Assembly (NCBI GenBank): GCA_963663865.1
Contig: OY760686.1
Span: forward strand, 96,001 to 160,000
DNA from: Spirochaetota bacterium
Lineage (GTDB): Bacteria; Spirochaetota; UBA4802; UBA5550
DNA length: 64,000 bases
Direction: 5' to 3'
This document shows positions 50,576 to 60,979 of the stretch, piece after piece; within the stretch, counting starts at the first letter, position 1; each line of letters begins with the position of its first letter. The notes beneath the pieces are model-generated. The model saw only the letters and a list, made by a program, of their open reading frames with translations, did not search any database and was not told where the DNA came from. The position numbers and the translations under genes were made by a program.

Positions 50576-52507
50576 ATGGGACTCACTGCTGCTTACAAGA
50601 TTCTAAAGGACCACCTTGCTGACGGCCAGCTTGTTGCAGGCAATGATATTGGAATCAAAATTGATCAGACGCTTACACAGGATGCAACCGGCACGATGGC
50701 CTACCTCCAGTTCGAAGCCATGGGTATTCCCCGCGTTAAGACAGACATCTCTGTTTCTTACGTTGACCACAACACCCTTCAGATGGGGTTTGAAAACGCG
50801 GACGACCACAGATATCTCCAGACAATGAATTCAAACTACGGCATCCACTACTCGAGGGCCGGAAACGGCATCTGCCACCAGGTACACCTGGAACGCTTCG
50901 CGAAGCCCGGAGGGACACTGCTGGGTTCCGACAGCCACACCCCCACCGGAGGCGGAATGGGAATGCTTTCAATCGGAGCGGGCGGACTTGATGTAGCAAT
51001 TGCTATGGGTGGAGGCGCCTTTTACCTGACAGCTCCGAAAATGATGAAGATTGAGCTCTCAGGGAAACTGCGCCCCTGGGTGACAGCAAAGGACATCATC
51101 CTCCATGTCCTGGGCATACTCACCACCAAAGGCAATGTCGGCTGGGTAGCCGAGTACGCCGGCGAAGGCCTAAATCACCTCAGTGTTCCGGAAAGGGCAA
51201 CGATAACAAATATGGGAACCGAGCTTGGCGTAACAACATCGCTGTTCCCGAGCGACAGCATTACCCGTTCCTTCCTGAAGGCGCAGGGCAGAGCTGATGA
51301 CTGGAAAGAACTAAAGGCCGATGAAGACGCAGTCTACGACAAGACGATTAAAATTGACCTCTCAACCCTTGAACCAATGATTGCCTGCCCACATTCACCT
51401 GACAACATCAAAAAAATTTCGGAGATAAAGGGCCTTAAGATAGATCAGGTTGCGATAGGAAGCTGCACAAACGCGTCCTACAAAGACCTTGTCACTGTCG
51501 CAAAGGTGCTCAAAGGGAAGAAAGTTCATCCTGAAGTGAGCCTTATTGTGGCGCCCGGTTCAAAACAGGTTCTTGAGATGATCTCCAGAGAAGGCTATCT
51601 TGCTGATATTGTAGCAAGCGGCGCCCGAATTATGGAATCAGCGTGCGGCTTCTGCATCGGCGCCGGCCAGGCTCCGGTAACAAACGGCATTTCGCTTCGC
51701 ACAAACAACAGAAACTTTGAAGGCCGGTCGGGCACCTCATCCGGCCAGGTTTACCTCGTCAGCCCGGAGACGGCGGCCCTGTCAGCAATTGCGGGTGTTC
51801 TTGTAAATCCGCTGGACTATCCGGAAAAAGATTATCCGTCAATCAAGGTGCCATCGAAGTTTGTGATTGATGATTCAATGATAATTCCGCCCTCAGACAT
51901 CAAGACTGAAGTTTTCAGAGGGCCAAACATTGGAGATCCCCCATATACAGATCCTCTTTCAGACTCAATTAACGGCGTCATAGGACTGAAGGTAGGCGAC
52001 AAGATAACAACGGACCACATTATGCCAGCCGGGCAGAGGCTCAAGTTCAGGTCTAACATCCCTGCGTATGCGCGTTACGTATTCGAAAACGTTGATTCGG
52101 ATTTTTCCCGAAGGGCCCTTGAAGACAAGGCCAAGGGGCTCTACACGGCAATAGTCGCAGGTCAAAGCTACGGACAGGGTTCGAGCAGGGAGCATGCGGC
52201 TATATGTCCGATGTATCTCGGCACAAGATTTGTAATAGCTAAATCCTTTGAAAGAATTCACAAAGGCAATCTTGTAAACTTTGGAATAGTACCGCTGGTT
52301 TTTGCAGAAGAAAGCGATTATGACAACATTGAGCAGGGTGCAGATTTCAGCATTTCCGGGCTGCGAGAGCTTGTCTCATCAGCTTCATCAATACCGTTGA
52401 CTATCGGAGGGAAACCCATCGAACTGCTGCTTGAGCTATCGGCAAGACAACGCGAGATACTGCTCGATGGCGGGCTTCTTAACTACACAAAAAACCGTTC
52501 AGTCTGA
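50576..52507 (+). CDS. Aconitate hydratase (about 640-aa putative/Aquifex type)
   Basis: LTQDATGT, YVDHN, GNGICHQ, GSDSHT, IGSCTN, ACGFCIG, NRNFEGRSG, TTDHIMPAG, YGQGSSREHA. Confidence 0.93.
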   Translation: MGLTAAYKILKDHLADGQLVAGNDIGIKIDQTLTQDATGTMAYLQFEAMGIPRVKTDISVSYVDHNTLQMGFENADDHRYLQTMNSNYGIHYSRAGNGICHQVHLERFAKPGGTLLGSDSHTPTGGGMGMLSIGAGGLDVAIAMGGGAFYLTAPKMMKIELSGKLRPWVTAKDIILHVLGILTTKGNVGWVAEYAGEGLNHLSVPERATITNMGTELGVTTSLFPSDSITRSFLKAQGRADDWKELKADEDAVYDKTIKIDLSTLEPMIACPHSPDNIKKISEIKGLKIDQVAIGSCTNASYKDLVTVAKVLKGKKVHPEVSLIVAPGSKQVLEMISREGYLADIVASGARIMESACGFCIGAGQAPVTNGISLRTNNRNFEGRSGTSSGQVYLVSPETAALSAIAGVLVNPLDYPEKDYPSIKVPSKFVIDDSMIIPPSDIKTEVFRGPNIGDPPYTDPLSDSINGVIGLKVGDKITTDHIMPAGQRLKFRSNIPAYARYVFENVDSDFSRRALEDKAKGLYTAIVAGQSYGQGSSREHAAICPMYLGTRFVIAKSFERIHKGNLVNFGIVPLVFAEESDYDNIEQGADFSISGLRELVSSASSIPLTIGGKPIELLLELSARQREILLDGGLLNYTKNRSV

Positions 52508-52540
52508 TGTCTATCCGCGGCAAAGGCGCGTGAATACAAC

Positions 52541-52582
52541 AAAGGCGGCGTCAATCCGGTTGGAGTGATGGCCGCCTTTTTT
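52541..52582. terminator. Intrinsic terminator
   Basis: AAAGGCGGC...GCCGCCTTTTTT. Confidence 0.7.
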
Positions 52583-52623
52583 ACACTTTAGCAAAAGAAT
52601 TTAGAAACATCTTTTGTTTAATA

Positions 52624-53238
52624 TCAGCGGTTGTTTTTCTTCACCGCAAGCCAGGTCCTGTTGTTCTTGTCAGTTTTAAGCTTAATCTTTCCGTTAACGA
52701 TGAGACTGTTAATCGTTGTCATCACGGCGCTTCTGTCAATTCCTCCAGCTCTTCCAGAACCGAGAAAGTCATCAAGCTTCAAAAGCACCCAGGCCCCGCT
52801 TCCGTCTGTCTTGCCTTTTGAGATCATTTCAGCCAGAATATCAATGTAAAGATTATTAGTCTCATCCCGTTCGGAGAAAAATGCGAGCTGATCGGTCGTA
52901 TCCCTAAGCCTCGTGGAAAGAAACTCTATAACACTTTTCGCGAACTGCCTGTTCTTTTCGATAGTCCTGTAGAAGGACTCTCTGTCCATCTTTATAAGCT
53001 GGCAGTCTACTATTGCAACCGCATCGGCCGATCTGGGCAGCGAGTTGATAATGGCCATCTCCCCGACGAACTCGCCCTCTTCAAGAATCTGTACAAGCTT
53101 CTCTGTTCCGCCGGAATGCTTTGTTATTTTGACCTTTCCTTTGTGGATAAGGTAGAGAACATCCGCCTCGTCGCCTTCAGAAAATACATACTCGCCCTGC
53201 GGGACAAATATGCCGTAGTTTCGGTATAATCTGCTCAT
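52624..53238 (-). CDS. cNMP-binding (Crp/Fnr-like) protein
   Basis: VFSEGDEAD.LYLIHKGKV, GEFVGEMAII..LPRSADA; possible C-terminal winged helix. Confidence 0.85.
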   Translation of the reverse strand: MSRLYRNYGIFVPQGEYVFSEGDEADVLYLIHKGKVKITKHSGGTEKLVQILEEGEFVGEMAIINSLPRSADAVAIVDCQLIKMDRESFYRTIEKNRQFAKSVIEFLSTRLRDTTDQLAFFSERDETNNLYIDILAEMISKGKTDGSGAWVLLKLDDFLGSGRAGGIDRSAVMTTINSLIVNGKIKLKTDKNNRTWLAVKKNNR

Positions 53239-53252
53239 TTCCCGCTCCCGGT

Positions 53253-55190
53253 TTAAAATGTAAACGGCGGATACTTATCAACAAGTCCGGTCATGTAAGC
53301 CATGACTCTCGCCATATACTGATAATATCCGCACAGCGCGTTGAATAAAAACGACGGCCACCTTGCTGTCAGTATCACGGAAATAATCCCGCAGATGTAT
53401 AGAAACGGAACAGCCAGTCCGGCCACAAGCAGAATAAGAATATGCGGCAGCGACAACAGCACTATGCCGGCGACTGAAAGCCTCATAAAGGCAAGGAACC
53501 TCGAATAGCCGAGCGGATATGTCACGTTAAGCTGCATCGGGAAGTCAAGGTCCCTTCTTCCCCCGAATACCGGCAGCTCTTCCACAATACCCACTGTTGA
53601 TGTCTTGATGGATAAGAATTGCCTGATTGTTTTTTCAATTATTTCAGAAAAATCATCCATTCTCTGCCTTGTCGCAAGGGCCATAATATTGTTAATAACT
53701 CCGAGAACCGCCGAAAGAGCGGTGTAAACAGCAAGCACTATAAAGTGAGGTACAAGAGCAATCATAAAAAGCCCAGTCAACCTCGCCAGAGCTCCTAACC
53801 TTGAATAGCGCAGTGTGTAATCAACAGAGAGCGTAACGCTGCCTGAGCTTTCATATTCAAGGGCGTTTATGTACTCAGGCCTGTCATCAACGGAATCAAG
53901 CGTCTCGTCAAGATCATAATCAAGCGGCTTTTGACGCCGAACCGCAGCGGCAGGAACAGGCTCGGCATATTCTTCAAACTCTATATCTTCCAGATCAGAT
54001 TCATCATCAAGCTCGAGGTTAACCTCATCAATATCAATATCAGGAATGTCATCATCCCCCGCCTCGATAGTGTGATAATCTTCATCAACAAAGTGCTCGT
54101 CAGATGTATCGTCAACCACAGCAGAAATCTCGTCTCCGGCAAGCTCGTCGAGAGTAAGGCCGGCATCCGCGAGTGTCAGCTTCTCATCCTCTTCAAGTTC
54201 AATGCCCTGACTTATCTCGCTGGATTCGACAATGGGAATGTCGAGAGTATCCAAGTCGAGGGTTATGCTTTCATCTATGTCCTCTTCAACGGGCTCAGCG
54301 GATTCCTCAGCAATATCTATATCAAGCGAATCAAGGTCGAGTGTTATCGCCTCGTCCTCTTCATCATCCGCATCAGGCAGACCCGCCTCTTCTGAGGCAG
54401 GCTCGCCGATATCAGATATGTCTATATCAAGCGTGTCAAGGTCTATGGTGACACTTTCATCTTCCATATCTTCCGCCTCTTGATACCTTTCACTGAAAAA
54501 CTCCTCTTCTGCCGCTGAATCATCGGAAGCGGGCCCAGCCGGCTTCGTTACCACCGCAGCTGATTCGGGAGCGTCAAAAAAGATGCCTACATCCTCCGCC
54601 GTCAGCTCAGCGTCCTCAGGAAAAAATTCATCGCCAGCTGATAGCACCGAATCAGGCTCATCGGCTTTCTCCGCCTCTGACTCAGGCTCAGGCTCGTCAA
54701 AGCCTTCAAGGTCAAAGCCTTCCAGATCGGCTTCAAAGTCAATCTCAGACTCTTCTTTTTTTTCTTCCCGGGGATAATGGCCTTCTGCCGCAGGGATATC
54801 TTCTTCTTCCAACCCGCCTTCTTCCAGGTCAATGTCCAGATCGAAAGCCTCATCTTCGGAGACTTCCGGCTCTTCCACCGCAGCAGCTTTATGAGCGGGT
54901 TCTTCTGAAGCGCTTATCTCTGATTCAAAGTCAAAATCGTCCATATCGGAAAAGTCATCCGCCCCTCCACCGTCAGGGTTTTCATTTGCGGGAATCGGGC
55001 TCTCTTCAACGGCACTATCATCATTAAGATTGTTGTCAAATGATGATAAAATATCCTCTTCCTGCACGGCCCTGTTATCGATTATGTTTTCAGTCTGACA
55101 CTTTGGACAGGTGAAACCGAACTTTTTATTTTCCACCCTGGCATCTTCTACGGCAAAGGATGATTCACAGTTTTTACAGCGGACAATCAT
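53253..55190 (-). CDS. Zinc-ribbon (MJ0042-like) + acidic repeat linker + DUF4389 membrane domain protein
   Basis: ATG 55190 MIVRCKNC...CPKC; about 400-aa D/E-rich region; two LxxPH..L repeats and LVDKYPPF terminus. Confidence 0.8.
   Translation of the reverse strand: MIVRCKNCESSFAVEDARVENKKFGFTCPKCQTENIIDNRAVQEEDILSSFDNNLNDDSAVEESPIPANENPDGGGADDFSDMDDFDFESEISASEEPAHKAAAVEEPEVSEDEAFDLDIDLEEGGLEEEDIPAAEGHYPREEKKEESEIDFEADLEGFDLEGFDEPEPESEAEKADEPDSVLSAGDEFFPEDAELTAEDVGIFFDAPESAAVVTKPAGPASDDSAAEEEFFSERYQEAEDMEDESVTIDLDTLDIDISDIGEPASEEAGLPDADDEEDEAITLDLDSLDIDIAEESAEPVEEDIDESITLDLDTLDIPIVESSEISQGIELEEDEKLTLADAGLTLDELAGDEISAVVDDTSDEHFVDEDYHTIEAGDDDIPDIDIDEVNLELDDESDLEDIEFEEYAEPVPAAAVRRQKPLDYDLDETLDSVDDRPEYINALEYESSGSVTLSVDYTLRYSRLGALARLTGLFMIALVPHFIVLAVYTALSAVLGVINNIMALATRQRMDDFSEIIEKTIRQFLSIKTSTVGIVEELPVFGGRRDLDFPMQLNVTYPLGYSRFLAFMRLSVAGIVLLSLPHILILLVAGLAVPFLYICGIISVILTARWPSFLFNALCGYYQYMARVMAYMTGLVDKYPPFTF
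54225..54470 (-). repeat. Three intragenic repeats (D/E)ES(I/V)T(L/I)DLD(T/S)LDI
   Basis: DESVTIDLDTLDIDI, DEAITLDLDSLDIDI, DESITLDLDTLDIPI; coordinates approximate. Confidence 0.8.
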
Positions 55191-55207
55191 TTCCCTCTCC
55201 TGAATGG

Positions 55208-55516
55208 CTATCTGCCCGAATAATATTTTTCGTTGACGTTGTGCTGAATAATAATGGGTGCAATAGGTAGAAAAAGCACCGCGTACCACTTCACATCACG
55301 GCCATTCATCATTTCCGATCTCTGAAGGTATTTCAGGTTGAGATAAACAGCCCAGATGCCCCCCGTAAAAACGGTTAGCATAATATTCACAGCCGGGTCA
55401 TCATTAAAGACCTTGCTGATTCGGGCCAGCCACCAGAAATAATAGAGAAATCCGGTAAGAAACATCAGAAGAAGCAATACCACAAGATTGTTCTCCGGGA
55501 CATATTCTTCGTTCAT
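55208..55516 (-). CDS. DUF4234-like small membrane protein
   Basis: LLLMFLT.FLYYFWW, LTVFTGGIWAVY, IIQ..VN; start ATG 55516. Confidence 0.7.
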   Translation of the reverse strand: MNEEYVPENNLVVLLLLMFLTGFLYYFWWLARISKVFNDDPAVNIMLTVFTGGIWAVYLNLKYLQRSEMMNGRDVKWYAVLFLPIAPIIIQHNVNEKYYSGR

Positions 55517-55679
55517 CTTAAACTCCAAGATTTTTGTGTTACAGCAACCCTTCATATAATTTAACGGAAAAAAACAGAATAATCTTGAATAATATTGCTT
55601 CCTGATATTATTTCCTTCATCTGCGGGTTTTTTAGAATTTTCTGTTGACCCTGATAATTATTCAATACTATCTTGATGT

Positions 55680-56717
55680 TTGCAATCAAAATTCCAATGG
55701 ATGCTTCAATTGTACACTAAATATCTTTCGGGGAACCCCTTGCCGTGGCTGCTTTCAGAATGTGGAACACCTGTCAGCTATCTCACAGCCCGGGATATCT
55801 CAGATTCAGGCCAATCTCCTGATTATAACGGCCTTGCCTCATCAATGGAGGCCAGGCGCCTGCTGTTCAAGCTGAAAAACCTTCTAAAAGCCGGCAAGCC
55901 CGGATTTGAGCTTCCTGATTCCGGTCTAACCTGGCTGTTCGCCGCCGCGGTTGAACACGGCCTTGACCGCAGGAGCCCCGAAGTAGCGCAAGCCGCGGAG
56001 CGAATTGTTGAAGCAACCCGGCAGCCCGACGGCGACTTCTCCCTTTCGTGGAAGCCCGCTGTATCCGTTGCCTGCCGTACCGGAGACATGGCACGATACC
56101 TTATACTATCAGGCTGCTGCACAGAGTCAGCAGATACCGCGATTAACTGGATAACAGACCATCAAAGACATGACGGAGGCTGGCTTCACTGCCCCCTGGG
56201 CGGGACATGCGACGCCCTGAAGCTTTTCCTTTTCAACAGGAGTGGAAGGGGCATTGAGAGGGAAAATTCTCTATCCGTATCAAGCTGCATTTATGCCTCA
56301 GCGGCGTGTTCCCATGCGCTCTCCCTCAGCGGTTCCCAAGATAAAACAGTCAGGTTCCGCGCGGCAGAGTACTTTCTGAAAAGAAACCTGTACCTTTCAC
56401 TTTCCGGAGGAGAAATGCGCCCGGCCCGCTCCTGGAACTGCGGCTTCCTTAAACCCGGATATCCTGTTCTTTCTCAGTATGATATTCTTTACGGCTTGCT
56501 GATAACTGCCAGACTCGGCTTCGCAGACGATGAGCGCAATGTCCCGGCTTTCAACAGGCTTATGAGCCTTCAGAACTCTGATGGGACCTGGAATCTTGAC
56601 AACACCGGCCCTGGAATGATAAACAAAAGCGAATTTGGAGCAACAGCCGGAAAACGAAGCCCATGGGTTACGCTTAACGCGCTCAGGCTGCTGAGCATAC
56701 TCCAGCGGATTCAGTAG
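55680..56717 (+). CDS. Prenyltransferase/squalene-oxidase repeat (alpha/alpha barrel) protein
   Basis: QW-like motifs RQPDGDF, HQRHDGGWLHC, LQNSDGTW; YDILYGL, SPWVTLNAL; start uncertain. Confidence 0.75.
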   Translation: MQSKFQWMLQLYTKYLSGNPLPWLLSECGTPVSYLTARDISDSGQSPDYNGLASSMEARRLLFKLKNLLKAGKPGFELPDSGLTWLFAAAVEHGLDRRSPEVAQAAERIVEATRQPDGDFSLSWKPAVSVACRTGDMARYLILSGCCTESADTAINWITDHQRHDGGWLHCPLGGTCDALKLFLFNRSGRGIERENSLSVSSCIYASAACSHALSLSGSQDKTVRFRAAEYFLKRNLYLSLSGGEMRPARSWNCGFLKPGYPVLSQYDILYGLLITARLGFADDERNVPAFNRLMSLQNSDGTWNLDNTGPGMINKSEFGATAGKRSPWVTLNALRLLSILQRIQ

Positions 56718-56731
56718 AAGAACAAAACACT

Positions 56732-57490
56732 TTAATGAGAGAATGCATATCCTGCAGAAAAGATGAAGCTGTAGCTGTAAATCCTGGAATCACGACCGCC
56801 TGGGAAAAAAGCAAGCCCTTCCCTCTCGAGTGTAAATCCTCCGCCAAAATCGAGAAACCTTACCTGCCAGTCAAATCCAAAGGTGATATACAGCCCGCCG
56901 CTGAAATAGCCGGTAAAATTCAGCTCTGCCCCTGCAGCATAGGTGCTGACGTCTTTCGGCTGTCCGGCATCGTAATCCGCAATGAGCTTTTTAGCTATAG
57001 GAGTCGGGGTATAGTCGGCCATAACATACCCGATGAAAGGTGTGAGAGTAAAGTCCCACCTCTTCCTTGTAGTTGCGTGAAGTGAAGGCCCTACCAGAAT
57101 TGAGTACTCATCGTACAGAATTTCACGCCAGTTTTCATACTCAGACCCGAACCTCGTGCGCTGGACGAGGAACATCCGCCCCAGACGCGCCTTTACTCCA
57201 AGATAGTCGATGGGCATGTATTCGTAGGAAGCACCGTATGAAAACGAGAGATGAGAAACCCAGAGAAGCTTGTAAATATCATCTGAAATCTCATAGCTGT
57301 AATCCTTTACAAAGTCATTCTCTGCATCAAGGACTTTCCCCTGAGGATACCCCATGGAGAAATAGCCTCCGAGAAGCATCTGCCCCTTTCGCGCGCCCTC
57401 CGGGGGCTTGTCAAGCTCCTCGAATTTGGACGAATGGCCCGCCATCGCAGAAACAAGAATCAGACAAACTGTCAACACGGCTCTAATCAT
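56732..57490 (-). CDS. Hypothetical exported beta-rich (outer-membrane barrel-like) protein
   Basis: Signal peptide; amphipathic strands; ends FSAGYAFSH. Confidence 0.65.
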   Translation of the reverse strand: MIRAVLTVCLILVSAMAGHSSKFEELDKPPEGARKGQMLLGGYFSMGYPQGKVLDAENDFVKDYSYEISDDIYKLLWVSHLSFSYGASYEYMPIDYLGVKARLGRMFLVQRTRFGSEYENWREILYDEYSILVGPSLHATTRKRWDFTLTPFIGYVMADYTPTPIAKKLIADYDAGQPKDVSTYAAGAELNFTGYFSGGLYITFGFDWQVRFLDFGGGFTLEREGLAFFPGGRDSRIYSYSFIFSAGYAFSH

Positions 57491-57664
57491 ACGAAATTAA
57501 TATCTTAACACCCGCATAGTGTCAATTCAATTATGAACGCAGACTCATGAATAACTTGACAGCGCTATAAATTGGTGCTATATGTTGTTAATCAGGAATT
57601 GATGCCTCAGGGCCATGCTAAGCCCGACATTAACCGATATACTACAAATTACATGGAGCACGAG

Positions 57665-58435
57665 ATGCCAAAAAGCGTAATATCCGATATGGATGGGGTA
57701 ATTTACAGGGGAGCGCAGATAATCGACGGAGCACAGGAGTTCATCGAAAGGATGATTGAGACGAAAACCCAGTTTCTATTCCTCACAAACAACTCCGAAC
57801 AGACACCTGTCGATCTGAAAAAAAAGCTGGAATCAAAGGGAATTTACGGAGTTGAAGAAGAAAACTTCATTACCTCGGCAATGGCTACAGCCCTCTTTCT
57901 GAAGGCGCAGAGGCCGAACGGCACCGTATACGCGATTGGCGGAGGCGGGCTTATAAATGAACTGTACAACGCCGGTTTTTCAATCTCCGAGTCAAATCCC
58001 GACTACGTTGTTGTAGGAAAAACATCCAACTTCAACTACGATGTCATGAAGAAGGCAAGCAATCTGATAAACGGCGGGGCCAGGTTCATAGGAACAAATC
58101 CGGATGTAATTGATCCGATCGCGGGAGGCATGGAACCCGCTTGCGGCGCGATACTTGCAGGCATTGAAGTCGCTACCGGCAAAAAGCCTTACATTGTCGG
58201 CAAACCCAATTCACTCATGATGACAATTGCAACCAGAAAACTTGGAGTGCATGCATCTGACGCAGTCATGATCGGCGACCGTATGGACACAGACATCGTC
58301 GGAGGACTTGAAGCCGGTATGACAACATGCCTTGTACTCTCCGGAGTAACTTCGCCGGACATGATTGACCAATTCCCCTACAAACCGGACCACATTTTCC
58401 GGAATGTCGGCGAAATTCACCCCGAAAAGCTTTAA
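57665..58435 (+). CDS. HAD-IIA hydrolase, NagD/AraL family
   Basis: DMDGVIY, FLTNNS, TNPD, GKPN, MIGDRMDTDIVGG, VLSGVT; start ATG 57665 after GGAG. Confidence 0.92.
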   Translation: MPKSVISDMDGVIYRGAQIIDGAQEFIERMIETKTQFLFLTNNSEQTPVDLKKKLESKGIYGVEEENFITSAMATALFLKAQRPNGTVYAIGGGGLINELYNAGFSISESNPDYVVVGKTSNFNYDVMKKASNLINGGARFIGTNPDVIDPIAGGMEPACGAILAGIEVATGKKPYIVGKPNSLMMTIATRKLGVHASDAVMIGDRMDTDIVGGLEAGMTTCLVLSGVTSPDMIDQFPYKPDHIFRNVGEIHPEKL

Positions 58436-58468
58436 TCTATTAACATATTATATATCAGGAGAACCACA

Positions 58469-59515
58469 ATGGAAATTATTGTTCCGTCTTTGTTAAGAAT
58501 CAAACCAAACGCTCTTCATAAAATCGGAAAATATCTGAGAACCGGCAGGCACACAGAGGTTGCAGTCATATACGGAGAAGGCATCAAGGATCTTTTTAAT
58601 CAGGTCATTGAAATTTCATTCGCATCATCTGAAATAAAGATCGTTTACGAAGACATAGCCAGAACCAACATCCTGGATGAGGCATTCAACGCCGCCAAAA
58701 AGCTTCCTCAGAACACAAAGGCCATAGTAGCAATAGGAGGCGGAAAGGCAATCGACTTCTGCAAATACATGGCTCTCATTACACAGCTGCCTGTTATTTC
58801 AGTACCTACTGTCATATCTAACGACGGCTTTGCGTCGCCGCTTTCCAGCATGGATGTGAACGGCAGAAGACGCACTGTTAAAACAAAAATCCCTGAGGGC
58901 GTCATAGTTGACACACAGATTCTGCGTAACGCACCTCAGAAATTCATGTACTCCGGAATCGGCGACCTTTTCTGCAAAATCACCTCAATATTCGACTGGA
59001 AGCTCGCATACAAAAAAACCGGCGAATACGTCAACGATTTTGCATCTACAATCTGCCGCAATGCCGTTGAGACCTTTATTCAGTACAGGGATAAGGACCT
59101 GAGCAGCACAGACTACCTGGGCATAATTGTCGGATCGCTTTTGATGACGGGAATCTCAATGGAGATTGCCGGTTCATCCCGGCCTGCCAGCGGCTCTGAA
59201 CACCTTATAAGCCACGCTTATGACAAACTTGCGAAAAAACCTACGCTTCACGGCCTGCAGACAGGGGTTGCCTGTTATCCGATAAGCTACCTTCAGGGAG
59301 ACACACACGAGATTGTAAAGAAAGTCATTGTTGAATCCGGTTTTGTCGACTTTATCGAAAAAGAACCTCTATCCCGCGAGGACTTCATAACCGCTGTCAG
59401 ACATGCCCCGGAGATTAAGGAGAACTATTATACAATACTTTCAGAGAAGGACAGCCTTGAAAAGCTCATCGCATTTACGGAATCAGATGAACTGATGAAA
59501 AGAATGCTTGCCTGA
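58469..59515 (+). CDS. Glycerol-1-phosphate dehydrogenase-like (EgsA/AraM family)
   Basis: GGGKAID, VPTVISNDGFASP, GIGD, SSRPASGSEHLISHAYD, LHGLQ. Confidence 0.8.
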   Translation: MEIIVPSLLRIKPNALHKIGKYLRTGRHTEVAVIYGEGIKDLFNQVIEISFASSEIKIVYEDIARTNILDEAFNAAKKLPQNTKAIVAIGGGKAIDFCKYMALITQLPVISVPTVISNDGFASPLSSMDVNGRRRTVKTKIPEGVIVDTQILRNAPQKFMYSGIGDLFCKITSIFDWKLAYKKTGEYVNDFASTICRNAVETFIQYRDKDLSSTDYLGIIVGSLLMTGISMEIAGSSRPASGSEHLISHAYDKLAKKPTLHGLQTGVACYPISYLQGDTHEIVKKVIVESGFVDFIEKEPLSREDFITAVRHAPEIKENYYTILSEKDSLEKLIAFTESDELMKRMLA

Positions 59516-59567
59516 GAGCAGCCCGGCTTCACGCCGGGCGACATATTACTCCGGGAGAACAGGCTGT

Positions 59568-60797
59568 ATGGAAAATTCAACATTGAATTACTGGATTGAA
59601 AACAAGCAGAGCCTGCTTAAAGAATACAACAACAACTCAACCGCTTACAGTAAAACTCTGGCCAGCCTTGTTTCTGAAATCGAGTCTTCGCTAAAAAGCG
59701 TACGCCGTGACCCGCTTGTGAAGGGCCGCGTTAAAAACTTTACGGCTTTCTTCAGAAAGGTCCTCTCCCGTTGTGGAGTTAACGGATATGACAATCCCTT
59801 TGAGACCATAACCGATATCATCGGAATAAGAATTGTTGTCCCGTTCCTTGAAGATATAAATACAGTATACAGGGTGCTTGAACAGCATTACAGTATTCTC
59901 GAATTTGACCAGAAATCGAGAGAGCTCTCAGTGAAGGAATTCGGTTATGATTCTCTTCATCTCCTTATAAGAATTCCGGACGAGCTTCAAAACAGCTTCA
60001 ATCCAGGACTTGCGAGCTGCGAGATTCAGCTTAGAACAATCCTTCAGGACGCCTGGGCGGAAGTAGAACACGAACTTGTCTACAAAACAAGCTTTGACAA
60101 GGTTGAAGATTCAATCCGCAGGAAGCTCACCGCTCTTAACGCGACCCTGTCATTGGCGGATATAACCTTTCAAGAAATACGCGATTATCAAAAAAAACGC
60201 TACTCAGACCTTCAGGAAAAACAGAAGCTTCTGCTTAAATCCGTGTCGATACAGACAGAACACGACAGCAAGCTAAACAATTTACAGCCAACAACTCTAA
60301 CAGATACTTATGACAACTCTGCTTTTAATATTCATGAAGCTGACCTTAATGAGATATTCATGGAGGCCCTTAACGCCCACCTTGCCGGAAATCTGAACAA
60401 GGCCCTTGAGCTTTACACACATCTTATATTAATTTCACCAAACCACTACCTTTACAACCACCGCGGCCTCGTCAACCTTTCACTTTCAAACTACGACGCT
60501 GCGCTTAAAGACTTTACAATGGCAATTTCAATAGAGCCCAATGACATCAGGTCTTACACAAACCGAGGGCTGACCAACAGAATGCTGAAACGCTTTCAAA
60601 GCGCTCTGGACGATTTCGATCAAACAATAAAGATTAATCCTCTATGGGCAGATGCCTTTTATGGGAAGTCGCTGACCCACTATGACATGGGGGACATCAA
60701 GGCCGCCATTGAAGACTGCGATCACGCAATTGCAATTAATGAATCATTTACACAGGCACTCAAGTTTAAGCAATTTCTCCTGAACCGCGACATTTGA
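59568..60797 (+). CDS. Small alarmone ((p)ppGpp) synthetase with C-terminal TPRs
   Basis: GRVK...F..K, DIIGIRIV, FGYDSLHL, EIQLRTILQDAWAEVEHELVYK; TPRs YNHRGL, YTNRGL, FYGKSL. Confidence 0.9.
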   Translation: MENSTLNYWIENKQSLLKEYNNNSTAYSKTLASLVSEIESSLKSVRRDPLVKGRVKNFTAFFRKVLSRCGVNGYDNPFETITDIIGIRIVVPFLEDINTVYRVLEQHYSILEFDQKSRELSVKEFGYDSLHLLIRIPDELQNSFNPGLASCEIQLRTILQDAWAEVEHELVYKTSFDKVEDSIRRKLTALNATLSLADITFQEIRDYQKKRYSDLQEKQKLLLKSVSIQTEHDSKLNNLQPTTLTDTYDNSAFNIHEADLNEIFMEALNAHLAGNLNKALELYTHLILISPNHYLYNHRGLVNLSLSNYDAALKDFTMAISIEPNDIRSYTNRGLTNRMLKRFQSALDDFDQTIKINPLWADAFYGKSLTHYDMGDIKAAIEDCDHAIAINESFTQALKFKQFLLNRDI

Positions 60798-60979
60798 TCT
60801 TATATTGCTTGTTCTTAAATATTATATACAAAGGGATGTAATTTTTTAGCGGGACTATCGCATTAAACAACTCTATCTCAAGATAAATCCGGACTCTTCA
60901 ATATTCACTTGAATTGTTTCATGATATTCTATTCCCTTGTTACGCAGTAAGGTAAATAAAAAATAAGGAGGAAACGATC

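Noticed and set aside
59568-60797. SAS as a toxSAS or defence system
   Set aside because: The SAS-TPR architecture matches the housekeeping spirochaete type; no antitoxin or mobile context is visible
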